From: Candidatus Altimarinota bacterium
GTDB taxonomy: Bacteria > Patescibacteriota > Gracilibacteria > BD1-5 > JAGOOR01
Direction: 5' to 3'
Length of the DNA stretch: 33,474 bases
Assembly: GCA_041308705.1 (NCBI GenBank)
Contig: JBFZBA010000017.1
Location: forward strand, 1-33,474
Shown: piece by piece, positions 1 through 8,672 of the stretch
Position numbering within the stretch: the first letter of the stretch is position 1
Layout of the letters: each line of letters begins with the position of its first letter
Program-made: the position numbers and the translations under genes
Notes under the pieces: generated by a model
The model's database searches: none
What the model saw: the letters and a program-made list of their open reading frames with translations, nothing else
Told to the model about the DNA's origin: nothing

Positions 1-1685
1 GCTTTATCGCCTGCGACTGCTGGATCATCGATGAGTGAGTTACCACACTTTATATTGTTATCGAGTGTTTCTAATTTTTCACCTTTTCGTAAAGTCTTGA
101 GCCAAAGAGAGAGACGAGTAATTTCGACAGATTCTTCATTGAGGTCAACTCAGTAAATATTATTTTTCAGAATTAAACGATATGTAGACTCGTCATCACC
201 AACTTTCAATTGGACGCCTTTTTCCCCATAAATAATATCCCTAACTCTCTTATTTTCCGAAAAGAGAAAATCAAAAACTCTGACAAGGAAAGCACCAGAG
301 CCACACGCAGGGTCGAGAACTTTGACATTTTGGAGGATTTTCTGATATTCCGTGTAGGCTTCGATTTCTCTCTTACGGTAGGTCTTTTCTGCGATATCTC
401 CTTTTAGTTTGTATTTTTCAATAACTTTTTCTTCGTGTTCTTCGAGGTACTTCCCGAGACTGTTTCGGACGATATAATCGACGATATAGGCAGGTGTATA
501 AAATATGCCGTCTTTCTTGCGTTTTGAGACTTCTTTTTTCTCTTCTTTGATTTCTGTTTTTGCACTCTGAATCTGGTTGCGAATACCCTCTAAATCAGAA
601 ATACTTTGTTCAAATATGTGTCCGAGGATTTCGACAGAGAGTTGTCCTCCATCTTCAGAAAAATCATAACGACCAAGATCTGCAAACTCCTGACATAAAT
701 CATCTGAAATTTTTAGATTATCTATTTCTGGATCCTCCTTGAAAAGTCCTCAATTGTAGTGCGGGATTGATTGGGAATTATTTCATTCAGCAATGGAGCG
801 AAAATACATCTTGATAGTATCCCAAACAGAAAATCAGATAGATTTTGCCTGTGTTATATTTTCGGTAAGTCTATCTGGTGGGAGCAATCATTTATTATCT
901 TCACAAAAATATATAAAAACAAGTCTATCAATGATTCTCTGAGTTTTTGCAATAACCTGAATGCCTTGCATAGATACATTGTTTGTCCATATATCCCTCA
1001 TTAACCGTTTGCGCAAGTCTGCATATTCTTTGTAGAATTTTTTAGTAATCAATTCTTGCTCGATACGGACTTTCGCGAGGATTTTCTCAGTTTCACTCTC
1101 TCCTGTCTCGGATATGAGAGACTCAGCCCGTAGTAGGAGATAGAAGGTACGGAATTTCTCGTAATCATTTGCAGGGTTGATGAGGTCGGCAAGTGTCCAG
1201 ACTTCGTAGTCCTGGTAGGTGTCGCGGTAAAGGCGAATTTCCTGGTAATTACTGACGATAACCCAACGAGAATTGTAGAGAGGCTTGTACTTGAATCCTT
1301 GCTGAATCGGTGTCATATTTCCTTCTCTCTGTTGTGGTCTGTCGATAGAAGTACCCGCATCTTTGAGCTCTACGACGGCCTGTGTCTCATTTTTGTCACT
1401 GGAATAATATCCGAGACCTATGTCACAGGTTTGACCATTTGAGGCATTTTTTGGGTGCTTCTCACGAGTGTATAATCCTCCACTCACATCATTGTATCCG
1501 AGAATAGTTCAGAAGAGTTTTTCTGAGTAGGTCGCTTCAAATGCTGTTTCCTTTTTCTTCTGAAGTTCTCACTTCCGATACATCTCATTCCATTCATGCA
1601 GAATCGCTATTTTACTCTCTATATCAGGGATTGATACATTTTTGAGAGCATCTTGGAGGACGATTTTGGAGAAAAGGTGAGCCAT
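1..1685 (-). CDS. Type IIG-like restriction-modification enzyme: N-terminal PD-ExK-like nuclease region fused to a gamma-class N6-adenine DNA methyltransferase. The 3' end runs off the window start.
   Basis: ATG at 1683-1685. ORF-track piece 888..1487 extends in the same frame through 7 in-frame TGA (1569, 1509, 888, 834, 783, 750, 150) to position 1. Motifs: CDIG..(18 aa)..VELK near the N-terminus; IPHYN-G-GLF with the first G encoded by TGA 750-752; methyltransferase motif I VLDPACGSGAFLV (rc of 282-320); NIYGVDLNEESVEITRLSLWLK; NIKCGNSLI at the edge. The NPPY motif would lie beyond the window. Confidence 0.7.
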
Positions 1686-1764
1686 TATGTGAGATTATAT
1701 CCATTCCCCTCTTTTCACAATCAAAAAATCCAGGTTTCCCTGGAATTTAAAAAATGAATAAAAA

Positions 1765-1840
1765 TGGTGCACCCGGCAAGGTTCGAACTTGCGACCCTCG
1801 GTTTCGAAGACCGGTACTCTTCCAGCTGAGCTACGAGTGC
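1765..1840 (-). tRNA. tRNA-Arg, anticodon UCG, CCA encoded
   Basis: The reverse complement reads GCACTCG-TA-GCTC-AGCTGGAA-GAGT-A-CCGGT-CTTCGAA-ACCGA-GGGTC-GCAAG-TTCGAAC-CTTGC-CGGGTGC-ACCA. This gives a 7-bp acceptor stem, a T-loop TTCGAAC, and the anticodon loop C-T-TCG-A-A. Confidence 0.85.
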
Positions 1841-1999
1841 ATACTTGCAAAATAAAAAAGAATAAATAAAAAAGAAAAAAGGAGGACTATAAATCGTTAT
1901 CAAATCCGCTGCTTTACTTTTACTTCTTCTTTTACTATGGCGAAGTCATCCGGATTATAGAGAAGTTCGCATATCTTGCAAAATTTTCTTGCTACGAAG

Positions 2000-2037
2000 A
2001 ATCGAATGGGCCTACCCTAAGTAAATCGAATGGGCCT
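2000..2037 (+). repeat. Two direct copies of the 14-mer AATCGAATGGGCCT (2000-2013 and 2024-2037), spaced 24 nt start to start
   Basis: Exact 14/14 repeat read directly in the tRNA/lipoprotein intergenic region. Confidence 0.6.
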
Positions 2038-2044
2038 GTCCCGC

Positions 2045-2085
2045 CCCCGCCTCTGGCAGGATAAACACAGGCGGGGTTGAATTTT
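2045..2085 (+). terminator. GC-rich hairpin followed by a T-rich tail (intrinsic-terminator-like or attenuator-like)
   Basis: CCCCGCCT (2045-2052) pairs perfectly with AGGCGGGG (2069-2076), and two further pairs are possible. It is followed by TTGAATTTT. No upstream plus-strand gene is visible. Confidence 0.35.
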
Positions 2086-2125
2086 CACTAATAGGGGTTA
2101 TACTGAGCGAGTAATTTATCAACCT

Positions 2126-2401
2126 ATGAAAAAACTCCTCCTCCTCACTCTCCCCCTCCTCCTCGTAGCCTGTGGCACGAGTAAAGTACGACCAGTAGAG
2201 ATATCAACTGACATTCCGCCACAGCCCATTATCGCCCCTGCTGAAGAAAACAAAGAAGAGGTGAAAACAGAAGAAAAAACAGGAAAAGAAGTCCTCGCAA
2301 AACCAAAAGAATCACCAAAAACAACTGAACCAGAACCAACAACAGATGATATGACGAGAGAAATAGACGCTATGATCGATGATCTCATCTCAGGTTTCTA
2401 A
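2126..2401 (+). CDS. Small lipoprotein (91 aa)
   Basis: MKKLLLLTLPLLLVAC: a signal peptide with the lipobox L-V-A-C, followed by a low-complexity E/K/P/T-rich mature part. TAA stop. Confidence 0.6.
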   Translation: MKKLLLLTLPLLLVACGTSKVRPVEISTDIPPQPIIAPAEENKEEVKTEEKTGKEVLAKPKESPKTTEPEPTTDDMTREIDAMIDDLISGF

Positions 2402-2410
2402 TACTCCCCC

Positions 2411-3787
2411 ATGATTCGTGACTTCAGAATAGAGAATCATCTTTTTTCTCCTCACTTGCGCAATGGCTCTTATGGGGCATTTTTTGAGCAAAGTAGTGAA
2501 TTTACCATAGATACGGCAAATACAGCGACAGTCGCAGCATCTCTCTGGTATATCGATACTGTGCCAGTGAAGCATCCAATACTCGAGCTCGAATCAAGGG
2601 TATCTGTGGTATTGGCAGAGATGGAGGTACGATGAGTCTATATCGATGAGGAGATACTGAAAAATCTCGAAAAAGAACTAGGAGGAGCTATCACAGATAT
2701 AGAGATGAAAGTAGCCAGAGAGACAGGAGAGACGGTCAATCTCGCTTCCCCGCTACAGCTCCAGAAGCTCCTCTTCGAGACAATGCAGATAAAACCTCTC
2801 AAAAAAACAAAAACCGGCTGGAGTGTCGACGAAGAAACACTCACCATCCTCGCAGAAGACCATGAAATATGCCGTGATATTCTGCAGCATCGCCACGCGA
2901 GCAAGCTCCTCGGGACCTATGTCCGTGGCCTCGCAAAAAATATAAATCCAGAGACCAATAGGATACATACCACCTACGATACCCTCGGAGCCAGCACTGG
3001 CCGCATGTCCTCAAATGATCCAAACCTCCAAAATATTCCCGCAGGAGATCCGTGGAGTGATGAGATAAAGCGGGCATTTCGACCACAGCAAGGAGACTGG
3101 TCATTTGTCGTCGCAGATTATTCTCAGATAGAGATACGGATACTGGCTTGTCTCTCAGGAGATGAGAAGATGCTCGCGACACTCAAAGAAAAAAAAGACC
3201 TCCACTACGAAACAGCAAAAGTTCTCTTCGAAAAAGAAGATATCTCAAAAGCAGAGAGAAGTATGGCAAAGACTGTGAATTTTGGCGTCATGTACGGTAT
3301 CACACCATTTGGTCTCTCGAAGATGCTGGCAAAGAATCCTGCAGAATGTAGTGTCTATATTGACCGATTCTTTGGTCTCTATCCTGCTACCAGAGAATAC
3401 TTCAACCATATCGTCACAGAGACACTACGGGTAGGCTACGCGGAGACATTTTTTGGCAGGAGAAGAACTATCAAGTGACTCTCTGACAAGAACTCAATGG
3501 TACGTGAACAAGCAAAGCGAGAAGCCATGAACATGCCTATCCAGTGAACCTGCGCTGATATCATCAAGTACGCAATGGTTGGAATTTCTCAGGAATTTAA
3601 GAAGAGAAAATTAGACGCCCAGCTCATCATGCAGGTGCACGACGAACTCGTAGTCGAATGCCCAGATACAGAAACAGAGGAAGTCGAGAAAATCCTCCAC
3701 GAAGTCATGGAACACATCGTCGAATGGGATATACCCCTCACGGTCGATGTCTGAGTCGGTAAAAACTGGCTTGAAGCTAAAAATTAG
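2411..3787 (+). CDS. polA: DNA polymerase I, polymerase domain only (458 aa); no 5'-3' or 3'-5' exonuclease domains
   Basis: ORF-track pieces 2411..2635 and 2705..3478 are in the same frame and are joined through TGA at 2633, 3476, 3545 and 3752. Family A motifs: DYSQIEIRILA, KTVNFGVMYG, PIQ-G-TCADI (G = TGA 3545-3547), QVHDELV. The gene ends VGKNWLEAKN-TAG. Confidence 0.9.
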
Positions 3788-3872
3788 TCATAGTCATAGA
3801 AAAAAGTCATAGAAAGGAATTTTATTTTTCCCGATTACAAATCGATTCTATGACTATGACTTTTACTATGAC
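3787..3872. terminator. Inverted heptamer array (3x GTCATAG, then 3x CTATGAC) between convergent polA and rpe; putative bidirectional terminator
   Basis: GTCATAG at 3787, 3793 and 3806; CTATGAC at 3848, 3854 and 3866. AGTCATAGAA (3805-3814) can pair with TTCTATGACT (3846-3855). Both stop codons lie inside the repeats. Confidence 0.4.
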
Positions 3873-4516
3873 TGTGTAAATTTATTCAACCATCACAAAT
3901 CCCCTCCCGAAAAAAGTGCCGAGCTCATAACCGCACCTGTCGCACCAGCCTCAAGACAAAGAGGAAGTGTCTGTTCACCTATTCCACCATCCACTATGAT
4001 GGGAAGCTCAGGTCTCTTGCCGTGTATTTCAGCTATTTTGGGGAGAACTTCTGGGATAAATGGAGTCCCTGAGTAGCCTCATTTGATAGTCATGATGATA
4101 ATATAATCTATCTCCTGAATATAGGGGTCGAGATGATCGGCAGGTGTTGAATCGAGGAGCGCAAGGCCTACCTTTTTCCCTGCGTTTCTGAGTGTCTGAA
4201 TGATTTCATGCATGTCCTCATCACACTCGAGATGAAAAGCTACGGCAGAAACAGAAGGGAAAGAAAGAATTTTTTCAAAATATTCCGATGGCCTCTTCAC
4301 CATCAGGTGGACATCTACCGGCAATCAGCAATACTCATCCCCTTTTCACTTTTGCAAGAACGAAATATCATCCGGAGAGAGCATGAGAGAGGGTACGAAT
4401 TCCCCATCACCGATATCATAGTGAACGCCCGCTATTGGCACAGGGAGCTCGGCAATGCGACTATTCCACGACTGGGGAGTATCTATGAGAGCGAGGACTG
4501 AGGGAAAGATTTGCAT
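3866..4516 (-). CDS. rpe: Ribulose-phosphate 3-epimerase (216 aa)
   Basis: ATG at 4514-4516. Reads MQIFPSVLALID...GVHYDIGDGEFVPS...DVHLMV...IMTIK-G-GYSG...IVDGGI. In-frame TGA at 4346, 4325, 4079 and 3893; TAG stop at 3866-3868. Confidence 0.85.
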
Positions 4517-4523
4517 GAATTAT

Positions 4524-4817
4524 TTAATTTAATCGGAGAATATTTCTGAGGGTAGCACCTCGGTCAAGAGGATATGATGTGTTGGAATTATATGGGACAA
4601 CAGGAATTCTCTCCGCTTCCCTACCCTCTTCTCGAGCAATGAAAGCCTCAACTGTCAGGATACCCGTCACTTTCCCAGAATTGTCACCCTGGACTCCAGT
4701 GACAGCCTGCCCATTATTTGCGGACCAATTTCTGCTCGGACCAGGTCATTCCTGTATACCAGCTACACCTTTTCGTACATGATGTTCTGGGAGAAGAGCA
4801 ATGCCAAAAAATTCCAT
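4524..4817 (-). CDS. Hypothetical protein (97 aa), visible only with UGA = Gly
   Basis: ATG at 4815-4817, one in-frame TGA, TAA at 4524-4526. It ends 7 nt upstream of the rpe start on the same strand. Without it, 358 nt between rpe and dnaE would be non-coding. I recognise no family. Confidence 0.35.
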
Positions 4818-4874
4818 AAAAAAATTTAGAAATAACTCAAATGAGTATATACTAGCCCCACAATATTACAAGAC

Positions 4875-7800
4875 ATGTCCTTCGTTCATCTCCACCTCCA
4901 TACACACTATTCATTTCTTCAGGGTCTCGGCAATCCGGAGGCTTTTGTCATGCGAGCAAAAGAGCTGGGGATGCCAGCCCTCGCTATCACTGATACAGAT
5001 AATCTCCACTGAGCTTTTGAATTCTATCTCCTCTGTAAGAAAAAATGAATCAAACCCATCATAGGAGTGGAAGTATTTATCTGTGAACAGGGACAAAAAT
5101 ACGATGCCCGTGATGCAAAGGTCTACAGCCTCATACTCCTTGCGAAAAACTTCAATGGATACAAAAATCTCATTCAGCTCACTACAAAAGCCTATCTCGA
5201 CGGAAATGTCGGAAATAGAGCACAGATAGACTTCCCGCTTCTGGAAAAATACGCCGAAGATACGATAGCGCTCTCAGGAGATCTCGCGAGTGAGCTGGCA
5301 CAACATGTCGTATCTGGTCGTGACAATGCCTTTTTGCTGGAGAGAATAACCTATTATCAGAGAGTTTTTGGAAAAGAAAACTACTTCCTCGAAATAGGTG
5401 AACATCCAGATCGTGGCTCACAGGGTGCGTATAATCAGAAACTTGTCGAGCTCAGTAAGCTCTCAGGAGCGCCACTTGTCGGCACCAACGATGTCCACTA
5501 TGCCAGAGCAGATGATGCAGAGGCACAGGATTTCCTCTCATGTATCGGAAGTGGGCGGAGAGTAGATGATCCAGATAGACGGACTCTCATAGATGGGAAT
5601 TATTCTCTCAGGCCAGCAGAGGAGATGCGGGAACTCTTTGCGTACGCACCAGAGGCATGTGAAAATACGCTCAAAATAGCCGACATGATAGACATAGAAA
5701 TACCTCATGGAAAACCACTCCTCCCTGTCTACAAATTAAACGAGAAAGAAGAAGAGAGAAAAACAAAATACACCGAACTCTACCCGGACGACTTCGAATC
5801 GCTCACTGATCAGGAGTGGCTCCTCCGCTGGACATGTTTCGAGGGACTCAATACACGATACTGATTCATCCTTTCCGATGAGGATATAGCAGAGTGTGCG
5901 CACAAAGAAATACGCGAAGAAATACCAACACTCTCCGAGCTGTCACCAGATGAGCTCCTAGAACTGCCGAAGAAGTGGAGAAGTACAAAAAAAGAAGGAA
6001 TCTATAATACCCTCTCTGAAGGAAATAAAGCAATTTTTGACCGTCTCGAATATGAGCTTGCGGTCGTTCATCTGATGGGATTTGATGGATATTTCGTTAT
6101 CGTCGCTGACTTTATCAGTTGGGCACGAGAACACGATATACCCGTCGGACCTGGTCGATGATCCGCTGCTGGTGCCATCATCGCCTATCTGTCTGGGATT
6201 ACCAATATCGACCCCCTCCGGTATCAGCTCCTCTTTGAACGATTTCTCAATCCTGCCCGAGTATCGATGCCAGATATCGATATCGATTTCTCCGATGAAT
6301 GACGAGGACGAGTCATCGAATATGTCCGAGAAAAATATGGACACGATCAGGTCGGTCAGATATGTACATTTGGAACTCTAGCCGCTCGTGCAGCGGTAAA
6401 AGATGTCGGTCGTGCACTCGGTATCCCCTTCGCTGAGATGAATCAATTTGCAAAGCTCATACCAGCTCGACCTGGTATCACCATCGAAAATGCTATCAAA
6501 GAAAATCCAGATCTAAAGAGAACAATAGACATGAATCCTCTGCATAATAAGCTCATAAAAAATGCTCAGAAACTCGAGGGAACGGTCCGACAACTGGGTG
6601 TTCATGCCTGTGCTGTCATCATCGCACCGAGCCCTATGACAGATTTCTGTCCTCTCCAACATCCGCCAAAAGATGATACCGCAATAGTCACTCAATTTTC
6701 TGCCTACCCTCTCGATGGTTTGGGACTTTTGAAAATGGATTTCCTCGGTCTCAGAAATCTCACCATCATAGATCGTGCCCTTCGAATTATCGAGAATAAT
6801 CATGGAGTAAAAATAGACATCAATAATCTCCCAATGGATGATCAGCGAGTATTTGATATCTTTGCAAAGGGTGACACGACTGGTATATTCCAGTTCGAAT
6901 CAGCGGGCATGCGTCGCTACCTGCAGGAGCTCGTGCCCAATACATTTGAAGACATCATCGTCATGGTGTCGCTCTACCGACCAGGACCAATGCTCTACAT
7001 CCCGACCTATATCAAGAGAAAACACGGAAAAGAAAAAGTGAAATACCCGCATGAATCACTCGCGCAAATCCTCCAACTGACTCAGGGCATCGCCGTGTAT
7101 CAAGAACAAATCATGCAGCTCGTCCAGGCATTTGCTGGATTCTCACTCGGTGAAGCAGACATACTCCGTCGAGCTATGGGAAAGAAAATCAAAGAGCTCA
7201 TGGACGAACAAAAAGGAAAATTTATCGAAGCCGCCATGAAAATCGGACATACTGAAAAACTCGCCACATACATATTCACCGATATTATCGAGCCATTTGC
7301 GGGGTACGGTTTCAACAAATCTCATGCTGCATGTTATTCGATGATTGCCTATCAGACAGCATATCTCAAAGCGTACTATCCGACAGAATTCCTGACGGCT
7401 CTCATGGTCTCAGATGAGGATGACAGCGATCGAATTGTTCTCGAGATAAATGAAGCGCGCTCAAAATGAATCCAGGTCCTCGTGCCAGACGTGAATGAAT
7501 CGAGGAGACATTTTACCTATATCGATAAGACGAAAATCCGTTTCGGACTCAAGGCTATCAAGGGCGTCGGAGATGGTCCTATCGGTACGATACTGAGCTG
7601 AAGAGAAGCTGGAAACTATACCACACTCGAGGACTTCGTAAAACGAACTGGGTCCGATGTTATCAATAAAAAGACACTCGATGCACTCATAAAAAGTGGG
7701 GCTATGGATACGATGGGAGAGCGCGGACATATGTTGGCAAATATGGAGAGAATGGCAGGATTTTTACGAGAAGTAGAACACAAGACCAGTACCAAACAGA

Positions 7801-8672
7801 TGGATATGTTTGACCTCGGAACTGATATTACTGGAAGTGGGCTCATACTCGAATCTGGTACACCTATGTCATTTGAAGAAAAAATACGAGAAGAAAGAAA
7901 TGCTATCGGTATGAGCATATCTGGTGATCCACTCGATGGTCTCAAGCGGTACATAGAACGGAAGTCTCTCGGACTAGATAAAGTGAAGGACTTCCTCGCA
8001 ATACTCGAAGAAAGCATTACAGAAGAACAAATAATCGATGATGAGGTGAGCGATGCAGGAGAAGTAATAATAGAGGAAAAGGAGACAGAAAAAGATATAG
8101 AAAATGAACCAGAGGAAGAAAGAAAAAAAGAAAAAAAAGAAAAGCCAATAGTTCAAATAATCGGCTATGTCGATACGGTCAAAAAAATACAAACAAAAAA
8201 AGGAGACAATATGCTCATTGCGACTTGTTCGAGTACTGGGTGGAAATTCACAGTCGTCGTCTTCCCGAAAGTATACGATCAAATAGCTCACCATATCAAC
8301 TTGGGAGAAATCATTCTCGTAAAAGGTCGGCTCAATTGCAAAATAGAGATGCGCGAGATATCTATCGAGGCAGATCAGGTGAAGAGATCCACTATTTCAG
8401 ACCTCAGAACAGCTGCGAGAAATGAAGGAATATTTGGAGATGCAGAAGAGGCAGAATGACAAACTGTGAAGCAATTTCAGAAACTACAAAATACATACCC
8501 CTGCATCATAGAAGATAATATAATAACCCTCAAACTCTCCGAAAAAACACCCAGAGAGACGCTCCTCGAGATAAAGACGCTCCTCGAATGATACGCACCA
8601 GGAGACTACCATGTCTGGCTCGATATAGGCGGCACTATGATAGATACAAAGAAAAAAATAGCAGATAACTAG
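4875..8672 (+). CDS. dnaE: DNA polymerase III alpha subunit (1,265 aa)
   Basis: Starts [17 protein letters not shown] (PHP domain). Four ORF-track pieces (5067, 6438, 7704 and flanks) share one frame and are joined through 9 TGA (5010, 5046, 5862, 6159, 6300, 7467, 7599, 8457, 8589). Motifs: GPGR-G-SAAG (G = TGA 6159-6161), PDIDIDF, and an OB-fold region near the C-terminus. TAG stop at 8670-8672. Confidence 0.92.

Noticed and set aside
1765-1840. Could this tRNA be the UGA-decoding tRNA-Gly(UCA)?
   Set aside because: The anticodon loop reads CU-UCG-AA, so the anticodon is UCG (Arg, codon CGA), not UCA.
2126-3787. The lipoprotein ORF and polA are in the same reading frame, separated only by a TAA plus 9 nt, which raised the possibility of a fusion or read-through.
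   Set aside because: TAA is used as a genuine stop everywhere else in the window. The lipoprotein has a complete lipobox signal, and its sequence is unrelated to Pol I exonuclease domains.
4490-4520. An apparent +1 frameshift just after the rpe start codon.
   Set aside because: It came from my own off-by-one error when hand-copying lines 4501-4801. The plus-strand ORF-track entries 4208..4501 and 4801..5064 fix the register. The ATG at 4514-4516 is in frame, and rpe is intact.
4517-4874. A possible structured RNA (RNase P, SRP or tmRNA) in the GC-richer rpe-dnaE spacer.
   Set aside because: I could not find the conserved cores (GAGGAAAGUCC...ACAGAA for RNase P, the GGAA/AGCA helix 8 motif for SRP, or the tRNA-like end for tmRNA). 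A clean 97-codon ORF in operon position explains the region better. It remains unproven.
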